From: the human T2T-CHM13v2.0 reference genome, Homo sapiens
Direction: 5' to 3' (one strand)
DNA length: 64,000 nucleotides
Assembly: GCF_009914755.1 (NCBI RefSeq)
Contig: NC_060935.1
In this document: positions 30,572 through 44,943 of the stretch, piece by piece
How the letters are laid out: each line of letters opens with the position of its first letter
Numbering within the stretch: position 1 is the first letter of the stretch
Made by a program: the position numbers and the translations under genes
The notes under the pieces: model-generated
The model's database searches: none
What the model saw: the letters and a program-made list of their open reading frames with translations, nothing else
What the model was told of the DNA's origin: nothing

Positions 30572-30728
30572 AGTCATGCTTCTTAAACTTTAATGTGTAT
30601 ATGAACCTTTCGGGGATCTTGATAACACATGGATTCTGATTCAGGAGATTAGGCATTCTGCATTTCTAACAAGTTCCCAGAAGACACTGATGCTGCAGGT
30701 CTATGGACCATACTTTGAGCAACAAAGG
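30572..30728. mobile_element. MER5B/MER5A
   Basis: CTTAAACTTTAATGTGTATATGAA...ATTCTGCATTTCTAACAAGTTCCCAG...GGACCATACTTTGAG. Confidence 0.8.
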
Positions 30729-31145
30729 GTTAGAGGACAAGAAACCAGCGAAGGAGCATTGTTATTACTAGCTGGGGCTTTTCTCCATGCTCTGGTGCAT
30801 TCCTCTATTGAGGAGGACTTTGCAGTAAGAAGGGCTTCTTTTTCCAAGAGGAGACTGTTGTTTACACCTAGGCATCAGCCAGGCTCTTGCTTGGCTCTGT
30901 TGGGAATGAAGTGCTGTGGCGGACACATCCTCCCAAGCTGGGGAAAGTGCTGTGCTATGTCTTACTGTAATGGTTATAGGTAAGGAGGAGAGTTCAAAGA
31001 GGTAGTAGGGGGAAACCAAGAGGAAAATGACTGAAATCTTTCCAAGCAAGAGCAGAAATTATAATGCCTTTCCTCGAGACTCAGGGATCTTGGCTCCCAT
31101 GGGTCTACTCATTACCTCCCCTTATAGCACACTGAAAACTCCATC

Positions 31146-31508
31146 TGTAGTAGTCTGTTCTCACACTGCTAATAAACACATATCTGAGACTGGGTAATTT
31201 ATAAAGAAAAGATGTTTAATAGACTCACAGTTCCATGTGGCTAGGAGGCCTCACAATCATGGCAGAAGGTGAATGAGAAGCAAAGTCATGTCTTACATGA
31301 CAGCAGGCAAGAGAGCGTGTGCAGGAGAACTCCTCTTTGTAAAACCATCAGATCTCATGAGACTTATTCACTATCACAAGAACAGCATGGGAAAGACCCA
31401 CCCCCATGATTCAATGACCTCCTACTGGGTCCCTCCCATGACATGTGGGAATTATGGGAGCTACAATTCAAGATGAGATTTGAGTGAGGACACAGCCAAA
31501 CCATATCA
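31146..31508 (-). mobile_element. THE1B solo LTR
   Basis: TGTAGTAGTCTGTTCTCACACTGCTAATAAA...CAGCCAAACCATATCA; TSD-like CCATC/CCGCC. Confidence 0.92.
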
Positions 31509-31762
31509 CCGCCTTCTGCCCCTTGATATCCCTAACCCATAGCAGTGCTTTTTGGAGGTGGAAGAGCTGTGGCAGGTAGGGGAGGGAAGAGCTCTTCCTT
31601 TATATTCTATTCTTTCACCTAGAATGTTTCTGTGTGCACATTTTCAATAGATATATACATCAGGTAATCTACACTGAGCTAATGTAGCTTCTAACCAATC
31701 TGTATTCAAAGACTCTAGAAAGCTCAAAGGGCTTGTAGAAACTATTAAATCCAGTGACTCTG

Positions 31763-32051
31763 GGTGGGCACGGGAGCTCACACCTGTAATCCCAGCACTT
31801 TGGGAGGCCTAGGCAGGTGTATCACTTAAGGTCAGGAGTTCGAGATCAGCCTGGCCAACATGGTGATCTCGTCATCTCCACTAAAAATACAAAGATTAGC
31901 CAGGTGTGATGGCGCACACCTGTAATCCTAGCTACTTGGGAGACTGAGGTGGGACAATCCTTGAACCCGGGGGGTGGTGGCTGCAGTGAGCCAAGATCGT
32001 GCCACTGTACTCTAGCCTGTGTGATAGAGTGAGACTCTGTCTTAAAAAAAA
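31763..32051 (+). mobile_element. Alu (Sx/Jb-like)
   Basis: Full Alu; exact 16-bp TSD AAATCCAGTGACTCTG (31747-31762 / 32052-32067). Confidence 0.95.
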
Positions 32052-32389
32052 AAATCCAGTGACTCTGAAACTTTTCTGACTAAAACCTATTTGTGCAGGG
32101 AACAAGACTCATCGCTTATCTGCCAAACCCAACCCTACTTTCTAGACATGAGTTGTTGTAACAATGAGATTACTGTTTACTTTTCCTGGTCTTTTCTTTA
32201 TTTTCTTTTGTAATTAGTTGTATATCTTCTTTAGCCATCACCTAAAGCTAGGAATGAATCAAATTTGAGCCTTGAGTCTTCTCTAGGTATCCTGCTTCAG
32301 TCCTTGCCTGCTTTCCTCTTACCCCACAGACCCTTATTTCCCTGTAACCTTTGCTGGCTTGTCCTCAGCTTCTGTATCTTCAAATATTG

Positions 32390-33920
32390 CTCTGAGCTCT
32401 GTCTCATCTTCTCCACCTCTTCAGGTGCTCTCTGGTCACATGGCTCCAAATATCATCTGTACACTGATGACACTTAGATTTATATTTCTAACTCACACCA
32501 CTTCCCTGAAAGGCAGAGTTAAATATCTAACTGGCAAGCTAGCATCTCAAACATGGTATGCCAAAACTATCCACTCTCCTCACCACTCTGGACATCTTCT
32601 TGCCCCAATCCCAAGCCTTTTCTATCTCACTAAACAGCTCCATCATCTACTCAGTTACTCAGGCCCAAGATTTAGGGGCCATTCTTGAACACTGTTATGT
32701 TTATGTTCCTCATCTAGTCTATTGATTAGTACCATCTCCTCTACCTCCAAAAATATATCTTCAATTAGATCACATCTCACTGTGTCCATAGCCACAATCT
32801 TATTCCAAGCTACTATCATTTCTTGCTTAGAAAATCACAATAGCCTCCTAACTGGTATCCTGTCCTCCACTTACGCTCCACTCTAGTCCATCCTACAGGC
32901 AACACTCTTATGCTGAAAACTGTCCAGTGACTTACCACTATGATTAAAATGAAGTGCAAACTAAAGACTTTTAAAGTTGTAAAGTTTTACCTTATCTGAC
33001 TCCTTTCTATCTCATCCATATTATTATACTATTTATCATCCTTGCTTGTCATAATCAGACCAGTCTTCTCACTGTCTGAACATGCTATATCAGTCAGCTA
33101 TTGCTGTATAACACACTACTCTAAAACTCAGGAGCATACATTGGTAAGCATTTATTCTCTCTTTTATAGGACTGCAAGTTGACGGAATCAGCTAATCTAG
33201 GCTGAGCTTGACTGGGAGTTCAGCTTCAAGTTGTTGGGCTTGGCTCTTTATAGTAGTTTAAGCTCAAATCTGCTCCATAGGTGGTCCTTCTGGAGCCCAG
33301 AATGATGGGGCAGCACATACTCAGGGCAGACTCTTTTCTTTGCAAGGCGGTAGCCCAGGAGGGCAAGCCTATTGCACAGCATGTTTTAAGCCTTTGCATA
33401 TATCACATCTATTTATGCTCCATTGGCCAAAGTAAATTCATACAGTCAAACTCAACATCAGGGGCCATGGTAATATGTTCTGTCCACAGTGGGAGTAGGG
33501 AGGGAATATATTTGCTGAATGACAGTCCAGACCATGATACTCCAAGCTTGTTCCTGCCTCAGAAGCTCTTTTCCTTACTGTTCTCTCTGCCTGGAATACA
33601 GTTGCCCAGATCTTCACAAGTCTGCCACTCATTATTTAGTTTATGACTTATGTGTTACCTCCTTAGAGACATCTTTGAGGACCTTTGCCTTGGCTGAAGA
33701 AGCCTTCTCTCTACCACATTACCCTATTTTATCTTTTCCATCACCCTTTTTTTGAAACCAGGTATCACTTCATTTACTTGTTTTGTTCATGTGTTTATTG
33801 TCTGTAGTCTTCTGCTAGAATGTACAATTTTGAACGACAGGATGTTATCTTGTTCACAGAAGTGTTCCAGTGCCTGGAACAGAACTTGTCACATAATAGG
33901 TGATCAGTAAATATTTGTTT
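32390..33920 (+). mobile_element. L2 (fragmented)
   Basis: Pyrimidine-rich L2 body ending CAGTGCCTGGAACAG...TCAGTAAATATTTGTT. Confidence 0.75.
33086..33539 (-). mobile_element. MLT1H-type LTR inside L2
   Basis: TATCAGTCAGCTATTGCTGTATAAC...AAGCATTTATT...CATTGGCCAAAGTAAA. Confidence 0.7.
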
Positions 33921-35004
33921 TTTGTCCAGCCATCTAATTTTTATATGCCTTAAAGCCCAACTATTGAAAATTATAAGTCTCACACATTGATCCAAGTATG
34001 TATCACCACACATGGTAGAATTAACCAAATGACCCATTACAATCTAAATGGATAATTATGGAGCTTATTAACATCAATTTATAAGCAATCATAACAGCAA
34101 TCGAAAGCCATGATCAACTGAAGATAGCACTGACATTAGTGTGTTCTTCCTCAAAATTGCGGGCTTTACCACCATCTGCACATGTTCATACACAGTAGGA
34201 ACTTTGAATGTTGCTAAGTAGTTGAGTCCTGAATAAACTAAAAGCACATTAATTTTAGTTGACTGTTAACAAATTACAGTAACCTACTTAGTAGGTTACT
34301 AGTAAGTAATCTTTGGCTGTATACAAAATAGCACCTTGAAATGGGATGCCATTTACTCATGCAATTAATAAAAGGAGCTTTGTTTTTCCATCCAGTTTAG
34401 ACCCATCAAGACAACCCTTATGGTCTACCACTGGGTGTGGGCCACATTTGAAGGGTGATTGATCTGGTGCAATGCCATAATCTTCTAGATGAGGACATTG
34501 AGGCTCAAAGCAGGGAAATGACTTGTCCAAGAACACATAGGAAGTAATGGCTGAACTATGAAATATTTTATTCTTGTCCTCTGACTCTGAGCTTAGTGTT
34601 CTTTCTGCTTCTCTGTGCTGGACCTCCATGTAAAGTGAAAATATCTTTGCAAGGAAAAAGAATTTCTTACCTGTCTAAAGTCTGTTAACTCTAATTATTT
34701 AACTAATAAGAAGATAGGTGAGCAAGGAGAGAAATTATCCTATTTAAAAGGGGGGAAACTGAGACACTGAGGAGCCAAACAGTGACAGAGCCCCACTAGA
34801 ATCCATGTCTTTTGGGTGAGGGAAGACTTCTGTAGTCACCTGGACTGTGGTTGCAGATACTCCCTATCTTTTGACAGTGTCTGTTGGCAGAGGGAGAAGC
34901 ACAGGGTCTGCTGGACCTTTGACCTTACTTCTTACTATAGTTCATAGAATGAAGTTCTTTGGAATCATTACACAAAAATCTCCAAGTTTTTCAAGAACTC
35001 TAAG

Positions 35005-35232
35005 GTGACATGGATGAGTGGAAAGATGTGATTTGGAGTCAGACAGATTTGGGTTCAAATCCTTCTCCCCACTTACTAGGTCAGTAATCTTAGGCAAGTA
35101 ACTTAACCACTCCAACCTCAGACTTCTAATCTGTAAGATGGAGATATTAATATTGTCCTCCCTTCACATATGTAGAAAAGCATCGAAGTATGTGGCATAC
35201 AGAGCCACTTAATAGATAGTGGTTATGATTAT
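35005..35232 (+). mobile_element. MIR
   Basis: TTGGAGTCAGACAGATTTGGGTTCAAATCC...CTTAGGCAAGTAACTTAAC. Confidence 0.8.
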
Positions 35233-35254
35233 TTAAAAGTGGAATTGTGACAGA

Positions 35255-35257
<3 letters not shown>

Positions 35258-35286
<29 letters not shown>
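35258..35286. repeat. (CA)14 microsatellite
   Basis: Direct reading. Confidence 0.95.
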
Positions 35287-35289
<3 letters not shown>

Positions 35290-36126
35290 GAATTGAACAT
35301 TGCCCTTTTCTCATCCTATTGTTTTTGCCAAGTGTGATTTTCAGATAAAGGACATTGAAGGTGAAATCTTATTTACAAGATATGTTCTAGATCATTTTTA
35401 GACTGTTTTCTCAGTACACTCACCAGTTTTTACATTGTTTATTTCTCTGTAGTGGTTTTGGTAAGTGGAAATCCAGGATGTGTACGATACACAGCTTCCC
35501 AGGTAGTTTGTTCCTGGTTCTACACCATTATATCCTGAAGGCTGGAAACAACCTTGAAAAGACTTTTGTGCCATTCCCATGGCTGAAGTTAACAACTTGT
35601 GCACACTATTCCAGGCTGATAAAACCCTTTCATTTTCTTTGCCCTCGAAAGGAGAAGTCCCTGGTGGTGACTGCAGTTAGCTGATTATTGGTCTGCTCCC
35701 CTTTGGCTCACAGATATGTCTTGTTCACAATTACATGCCTGACTTCCTTTTTATAGAACACCTGGCACATATAATAATTTTTGAGTATTGCCTCAGAGTG
35801 ATGGGTTGTGCTGACCAGGAAGGCAATTGAATTATTTAAATAGTGAGAAAATGTTAAGTAGTCTGTGTGGGCAATGTATCTGTGTATAAAGATATATCAA
35901 TGTATGGTTTTGCATGTTTGGGAATATTTTGTACGATACATTTTATTAGTGGAAACAGAATGTGCTGAATCTTTTGAAATATGCATCTAAACATGATTTC
36001 TTCAGCAAGAGGAACATGTCTTGGTCAGCAAGATAACTAGGTCATCTAGGCATGATGAAAAGGAAGAGCTATTCAGTTTGGCACCCTTTCATTCAAAAGA
36101 GAGAAGGAACTGAGATGGAATTCAGA

Positions 36127-36390
36127 TGTCTTAGTCCATTTTCTGTTGATTATAACAGAATTTCTGAAACTGAGTAAATTATAAAGAAAAGTAATTTATT
36201 TCTTCAGTTATGGAGGCTAAGTCCAAGGTTGAAGACTGCATCTATACATCCATAAATGGATTAATCTATTCATGAAAGCAGAACCCTTATCACCTAGTCA
36301 CTTCCTAAAGGCCCCACCTCTCAATATGTCAATCTTGGAAATTAAATTTCAACATGCGTTTTGGAGGTGACAAATGTTCACATCATAGCA
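36127..36390 (-). mobile_element. MST-type (MSTB/MSTD) LTR with internal deletion
   Basis: TGTCTTAGTCCATTTTCTGTTG...TTAATCTATTCATGA...AAAGGCCCCACCTCTCAATA...CATAGCA. Confidence 0.75.
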
Positions 36391-37084
36391 GAAGGCATTT
36401 ATTGCAGAGGGCAGCACTTGAGGTCATGGGATTATATGGGGATACAAGTGATCTGAGTATCAGAGGAAAAACCTGAGTTTGTAAGTTTTAGGCCTTCTTG
36501 AGCATGGCAGCTGTGTATGGTTTCCCTTGCTTGAGCTATAGTTGGGAACTGCATGTCCTCAAGCTATGTGTCTTCATTTGTTCTGTCTGTTGGCATCACT
36601 GAATGAAGGAAAAGCTGGCTGGGGAGGTGGGGAAATTTGTATTCTTAGTGGCTTTCTGATGGGTTGGATTGCAAAGCTCCAATTACTTTCTTTACCCTTG
36701 CCATAGCTAAAGAGGGGTGAGCTTCTACTAAGAGTTAGCCCTCCAACATGTCAGTTCAGATGCAAAACCTTCATTCTATAGCCAAAATTTTTGTCCTCTT
36801 GCTCCATCTGCAGTGGAATTAGGAAACCCAGTATTCCCTTAATGACTTAGTGTTGCACCTAGGATAGACCACCTAAGAATCATTAGGTGGTCTTTGTGAT
36901 ATGGTTTCTGTCTACATGTCCAGCAGTGTCTTACCACTCACCTCCCTGCTTCCTGTACTCCAGCCACATTGAGGTCCTTTTGATTCCTTGAATACCTCAT
37001 ATTCCCTCATGCCTCTTGGGTACATTTTAGATATTTTGTCTGCAAGTAACTGCCAACACTCAATTAGCTTAAGTATCTATAAAA

Positions 37085-37537
37085 TTTATTTATTTCAGTA
37101 GCTTTTGGGATACAAAGTAGTTTTTGGTTACGTGGATTAATTGTACAGTGGTAAAGTCAGAGATTTTAGTGTACCCATCATCTGAGTAGTGTACATTGTA
37201 CCCAGTATGTAGTTTTTTTAATTCCTTATTCCCCTTCCCACCCTTCTGCCTTCTCAGTCTCCAAAATTTATTATAAATTTTGTATGCCTTTGCATACCCA
37301 TAGCTTATCTCTCACTTATAAGTAAGAACTCATGGTATTTTGATTTTCCATTCCTGAGTTACTTCACTTAGAACATTGGCCTCCGGCTCCATTCAAGTTG
37401 CTGTAAAAGACATTATTTTGTTCTTTTTATGGCTAAATAGTATTCCATAGTATATGCGTGTATATATATAATTTTCTTTATCCACTCATCAGTTGATGGG
37501 CACTTAGGTTGGTTCCATGTCTTTGCAATTGCGTATT
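37085..37537 (-). mobile_element. L1PB-type 3' end fragment
   Basis: TTTATTTCAGTAGCTTTTGGGATACAA..TTTTTGGTTAC...AGATTTTAGTGTACCCATCA. Confidence 0.82.
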
Positions 37538-37552
37538 GGAGCATATTCTATC

Positions 37553-37641
37553 ATCCATCCATCCATCCATCCATCCATCCACCCAGCCACCCATCCATCC
37601 ATCCATCCATCCATCCATCCATCCATCCATCCATCCATCCA
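37553..37641. repeat. (CCAT)n microsatellite (L2 tail-derived)
   Basis: About 20 near-perfect units followed by L2 sequence. Confidence 0.92.
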
Positions 37642-38000
37642 TATTTTGACATATATTTACTGAGGGGCTGTTATACCCTAGGAATTGTTTTAAGCAATAG
37701 GGTTAGAATGGAGAACAAAGCAGACAAAACCTCTACTCTCATGGGATTTATAATCCAGTGATAGAAACAGACGTTAAATGATTATAAGTAATGCAGCTAT
37801 TCTAGGGCTGTTTGATCTTGGTTGAGTGATAATTCTTTGTACAGTTAGCTTTTAGGGCAGGGATGGAAGAAAGCAGGGGATGTCACACAGTATAGTGAAC
37901 AGCTGGGACTATGGCGGGCGAGAAATTACTAGCACGTTTTGTAAAAGAGCAAAAAAGTTCAATGTTTTCATATTTTTTCTCTTTTAAAAATTAAGGTATA

Positions 38001-38307
38001 GGTTGTGTACTGTGTCTCACGTCTGTAATCCCAGCACTTTGGGAGGTCAAGGTCGGTGGATGCTTGAGCCCAGGAGTTCAAGACAAGCCTGGGTAACACA
38101 ATGAGACCTCATCTCTACAAAACATTAAAAAAAATTATCCAGGCATAGTGGTATGTGCTTGTGGACCAAGCTACTTGGGAGGCTGAGGTAGGAGGAATGC
38201 TTGAGCCTAGGAGGTTGAGGCTGCAGTAAGCTGTGTTCATGCCACCACGCTTCAGCTTGGGTGACAGAGAAAGACCCTTTCTCAAAAATAACTAAATAAA
38301 ATAACAT
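38001..38307 (+). mobile_element. AluJ
   Basis: TTGAGCCCAGGAGTTCAAGAC and GAGGCTGCAGT J diagnostics; TSD AAAATTAAGGTATA/AAAATTAAGGTGTA. Confidence 0.92.
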
Positions 38308-39246
38308 AAAATTAAGGTGTAATTAGCATACAATAAAATGAGTAGATATTAACTGTTATTGATGAGTTTTTATAATTTTATACACCCATAAAACCATCAC
38401 CCTCTAAATAAAAATATTTTTATTATCCCTTCCTGACACTTCATCTACCCCCCACTATTTAGCTTTGCCTGTCCTTGAACTTTAGATGAATAGAATACTA
38501 CTATTCACTATACTTTTTGTATTTGCTTTCATTTTTCTCAACATAAAATTTTTAGATGTAGCCATGTTGCATATATCAGTGGCTTATTTTTATTGTCAGC
38601 TAGTTTTCCATTGTATGAAAATATTATTTATTTTGGGTAAATATTTAGGAGTGGAATTGCTGGGACAGAGAGTAGATGTAACTTTATAAGAAACCGCCAA
38701 CGAGTTCTCCAAAGTGGTTATTTATTTTACAATCCTATCATTAATGTATAGGAGTTGCAGTTGCTATATTCTCCAACATTCAGTATTGTCAGTCCCTTTG
38801 ATTTTAGCCATTCAAACGTATATTTAGTATTATCTCTTTGTGGTTTAAATTTGTATTTCCCCGATGACTAATGATGTTTAGCATCTTTTCACGTGTGTTT
38901 TGTTTTTATTCCTATGTCTCAGTGCAGGGTCCATTAAAGTCTTTTCTTCATTATTATTATTTAAAAAATGGACTTGTAGGAGTTCTTTATTCTGGCTGCA
39001 AGTTCTTTTTCAGATAGATGCATTGCAGGTACTTTTCTTACAGTCTCTGGCTTATCTATTCATATTCTTGCTGGTATTTCTCATGAACAGAAATGTTAAA
39101 TTTTGATGAAGCCCAGTATATATATTTTTTCTTTTGTGGCTTTTTGTGTCTTTTCTAAGACATCATTTCCTACTTTAAAGCCATGAAGAAATTTTATCTT
39201 GTAGAAATTTATGGCTTTTATGTTTAGTATATAATGTACCTCGGAA

Positions 39247-39567
39247 TTATTATTATTATTATTATTATTTTATCATTTTGAGACAGGGTTCTCATTCTGT
39301 CACGTCACTCAGGCTGGCTGCAATGGCAAGATCATGGCTCACTGTACCCTTGAATTCTTGGGCTCAGGTGATCCTCCCGTCTCAACCTCCCCAGTAGCTA
39401 GGAATACAGGTGCACACCACCACACCTGGCTAATTTTTTGTATTTTTTGTAGAGATGGGGTTTCACAATGTTGCTCAGGCTGGTCTTTAACTCCTGATCT
39501 CAAGGAATCCACCTAATTTAGCCTCCCAAAGTGTTGGGATTACAGGCGTGAGACACCATGCCCAGCC
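39247..39567 (-). mobile_element. AluJ with (TTA)n tail
   Basis: J-type body; flanks GGAATTA on both sides. Confidence 0.9.
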
Positions 39568-39706
39568 TGGAATTAATTTTTGTGTGTGATATAAAATAAT
39601 GGTTGGGGTTCAGCTTTTAAAACACAGCTCCCCAGATGTTCTGGCACTATGTGTTGAAAAGACTTTTCCTATTTCATTGACTTTGTCAAAAATTATTTGT
39701 CTAACT

Positions 39707-39707
39707 G

Positions 39708-39738
<31 letters not shown>
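39707..39738. repeat. (TG)n microsatellite
   Basis: Direct reading. Confidence 0.9.
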
Positions 39739-40165
39739 ATATATGAATCTATTTCTATTCCGCTGATCTATAGCTTATCCTTATGCTAATACCACACTTT
39801 GCTATTACTGCAGTTTTATGGTAAATACTGAAATCAGGCAGTAGAAGAATTCCAACTTTTTTTTTTTTATGATTGCTTTTCTGTTCTAGGTTCTTTTCAT
39901 TTTAATTTACATTTTAAAATAAGTTGTCAATTTCTTTAAAAAATTTTGCTGGTATTTTGATTTCGATTGCATTAAATCTATGCATCAATTTTGGATAATG
40001 CACATCTTAAAAATATTTTTAATACTAATACAATATTGAGTTTTCCATGACTCAATCCATCAACATTGTCTATCTTTCCATCAATTTAGGTTTCTTTAAT
40101 ATCTCTCAGCATTGTTTTGTAGTTTTTAGTGTAGAGATGTTGCACATTTTCTGTTGGATTTATTC

Positions 40166-40470
40166 TTTTTCTTTTGGAGTTGGGGTCTCACTCTGTTGCC
40201 CAGGCCGGAGTGTGATGGCATGACCATGGCTTACTGGAGCCTTGAACTCCTGGGCTCAAGTGATGCTCCCACTCCAGCCTTCTTAGTAGCTGGGACTACA
40301 GACACATGCCACCATGCCTGGCTAAGTTAAAAAAAAAAAACAAAACTCTTTTTAGAGATGAAGTCTTGCTGTGTTGCTCAGGCTGGTTTTGAGCTCCTGG
40401 CCTCAAGCAATCCTCCTGCCTCAGCCTTCTGAGTCATTGGGATTACAGACGTTAATCACCATGGCCAGCT
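40166..40470 (-). mobile_element. AluJo-like
   Basis: J-type body; TSD TGTTGGATTTATT on both sides. Confidence 0.9.
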
Positions 40471-40896
40471 TTTTGTTGGATTTATTTTTTAATATTAGAT
40501 TTTTAATGCTAATTTAAATGGTATTACACTTAACTTTCATTTTTATTGTTTATTACTATTTCATAGAATTGCAATTAACTTTTATATATTGGCCATTCAT
40601 CTTGAAATTCTGCTGAATCCACTGATTTTGGTAGTTTTTTTCTTTTTTAATGTGGCAGATTCTATAAGGTTTTCTTCATTTACAGTGTTGTCATCTGTAA
40701 ACAATAGCAGTCTTACTTTTCTCATCTTTTATCTTTTATTTCTTTTCTTGCCTTATTGCACTGATCAGTACTTACAGTACAGTGGTAAATAGAAATGATG
40801 CTGAATATTTTTATTCCAATTTTAGTTGAAAGCATTCAATATTTCATCATTAAGTCTGATGTTACCTGTAGATTTTTTTGTAGATGCCCTGTATCA

Positions 40897-41261
<365 letters not shown>

Positions 41262-42294
41262 TTAAGAATGGTGCATTTTGTCAAGTGTCTTTTTTGCATC
41301 TGTTGAGAAAACCTGGCACCAACTCTAGTTCAAGTCAGCTTTGGAAGTAGTCATTTCAACAGTAGGAGCTGTAAGAGGGCAAAAATTTATAAACATGGTT
41401 TGTAAAGATGGCAAAGAAAAACTGACTTTTCTTTGAGAATTTTCTCTGTAAAATAAAGTTATAACTGGTGAGACCACAACATTACTTTTCACTCAAATTA
41501 TTGTCCTTGAAGCAGAAAATTTTGTATATGGCCCACGTATCAGAAATTACCATAATTTTAAGATCTTATCATTAACTATGTCTGGGTGAAGTAGAAGAAA
41601 AAGGAAAAAATGGGTGCTGTGCTTGAAATAGAAGCTATAACATTAACAGATGACACACACACACACTTTTCCTTATTTGATTCAATTTTTCCTTCCGGAA
41701 GAATGGTCTTAATACAGTACAGTATAAAGCAAACAGGAGAAAGAAAAAATTAAGCCCTAATTTGGTTATAACAGGAAGAGGGCCTCAATGTGCTTTAAAC
41801 AATTTCTAATCCTGAGCCCAGATGAATCTCATCCAAAGAAACAGAACAAATTTAGTTTTGGTCATCCAACTTCTATGCTATAATCTTAGAAAAATCAAGG
41901 AGAGTGAGGGATGTGCTAATGGCTTCTATGCTATCTGTCCTTATTATTTTTAATGGAGAAATTTTGTATTCCAAAAAGCATAGGATAGCAGAGCCTAGTG
42001 ATCTTAATATCTCTTCTTGGTAAAATTCTGAATTAAAGAAATTAAACAGATGGTAACATTAGAAATGATTCACTCTGCTGGAGCTAGTTCAAGAATACAC
42101 TCATATGTCATATTTTTTTCCTCATGGCTTTTTGAACCCTGGAAGGTGGAATCAGTTCAGTTTGGTCTTTGTGCCCCTACATTAATCACATTTGAGTCTA
42201 GCTCTAACTACATATTTTCTTGTAATTTGTATTTTTAGGTGCCGGTCTCCTTCATTAGGCCACCACCTCTTTAAAAACCAGGGCCAAGTCTAAA

Positions 42295-42882
42295 AGATCA
42301 ATAGCCAATTCAAAATGGCTTAAGTAAAAGGGAGAAATTAATTAGCTCTTGTTATTAAAGTTAGTGTTGGATGTAACCTGCATCCTCCTGGAATAAGGTG
42401 CTCCAATGATGTCATCATGGCTTAATCTCACTTTCTCTCCATCTCTTTGCTCCACTCTGTCTTGGGCTGGCTATATTTAGGCAGGCTGTCCCCATAGGAG
42501 CAAAGTGGTCCCTAGGATCCCAGGCTTATATCATATTTTCTCAGGAATTCCAGTTGGAAGATGCTACTCAAGTTGTTTGCTTTGTTTTGTTTTGTTTTGT
42601 TTTCATCAATAAGCAGAACAAAACTTCTGGAACTGTGTCTCATTGGTTTGTCATGGGGCATATACACATCCTTAAGCCAAATATGTGGTCAAGAGGATGG
42701 ACGGTGTTGATGGCCCAGACCTGAACCCCATGCCTACCCATAGAGTTGCAGGGTGGAGTGAACACCTGCATCATATGGGCTGAAAGTGGGTGAGTGGTGG
42801 ATCTCCAGAGGAAAATCACTGTGTAGCTACCAAAAAAGAGGGAGTACATGACAAGCAGGAAAAATAAATTCAAGTACCTCCA
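42295..42882 (-). mobile_element. MLT1K-type LTR
   Basis: AATTCAAAATGGCTTAAGTAAAAGGG...TCTCATTGG...CCTTAAGCCAA...CCAGAGGAAAATC. Confidence 0.7.
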
Positions 42883-44128
42883 GGTTCTGGACTAGGTTAT
42901 CTATTGCTATCTCACAGACAAGTTGACTTTGATTTCAGTAGGGCCTTTAACAGTGTCTCAGAAATAAGACAGTTAAATGTGAGCGTGTTGATAATATAGT
43001 TAGGCAGATTTATAGTTTACTGAACAAACATATCCTAAGAATGTTGATTCATGAATTGATGTTGACCTGAAGGATGAACCCTAGGGCCATGCTATGTGGT
43101 TTGTATATATAATTTCTGGGCTGACATTTCTCATCAGCAACTTGCACGAACACGTCACAGTTGTATTTGTCAAATGTTTAGGTCACCTGCTCCTAGAATT
43201 TTGGGTTTCACAGTCTTGGAAAATTGTAGAAAAAATTATTTAGGAAATTATGCAGGGTCTCCAACTTTTTATTTTTGCCAAGGAAGGATGTACATATATT
43301 AACTGTGATCTATTCATTTCACTAACATTTTACTAAGATATGACATTTTAATATTTAAAAAAGTATATGATGTCATAAGAAAAGACAGTTCCAAGAAAGG
43401 AAATTTGGCTGCCTTATACTGACATTAAAATAAAATAATGTAATGGATATAACACAAACAATCGTAACATAAGAATTCAATTTTCAAAATTACAGTGAAT
43501 CTCATTTCTGTAATTTTCTCTCTGAAGGTTTGTCATTTGGAGATCATAGACTGGAGCCTTAATGTTAGCCTGTGGATTTGATTGTCTTTTAGACTTAGTG
43601 AAAAGTTCAGGTCCATATAGCTCTGCTGACAAAAATAGAAGAACCACACTCTTAATGCTGTTTTATTCAATTCAAATATTTCGCATTATACAGAGAGTGG
43701 TTGAGAAACAACTTCCCCAACCCCAAGCCACATACATGTACATATCTGGCCTGACTCATCATCAGCCGTTTCTGCTCCCTCCTTTTCCCTGCAGGGGAGG
43801 GAAGAAGCTGTGGTACCCGGCAGTAAGATGTGCAGGAAGTATGATAGGGGGCGCTGTTACTTAGAGGGCTGCTCTCACCTGAGTGCTCAGGTAAAAACCC
43901 AGCTCATTTTGACTGAAGCAGGCAGAAAACTAGCTGAGAGAATGCTGCCAATCACCAGCATCCTGGATCCAGTTGTAGTCGCCTATTTGGGAGCTGCTGC
44001 TGGAAGTAATGAAGAGCTGAGAGAAATTGCTCCTTCACTGAATGTTAGAACCAAGCCTCTCATTTCATTATCTCCATGGACTGTAACCAGAAACCAAAAC
44101 TGAAAGGATGGAATTTCATAGGGGTTAA

Positions 44129-44821
<693 letters not shown>

Positions 44822-44943
44822 AGACCTGCATTGTTTAATCGAGTCAAGTTCAATATGATCCAGAGGAGTCTATGTCATCTATCTTAGGCCACCTGAATAG
44901 GGACATAATGTCCAGATCATGGGAGATGATAGTTGCACTAGAG

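Noticed and set aside
35239-35295. GTGGAATTG direct repeats flanking the (CA)n
   Set aside because: Too short to call a TSD and no element lies between them.
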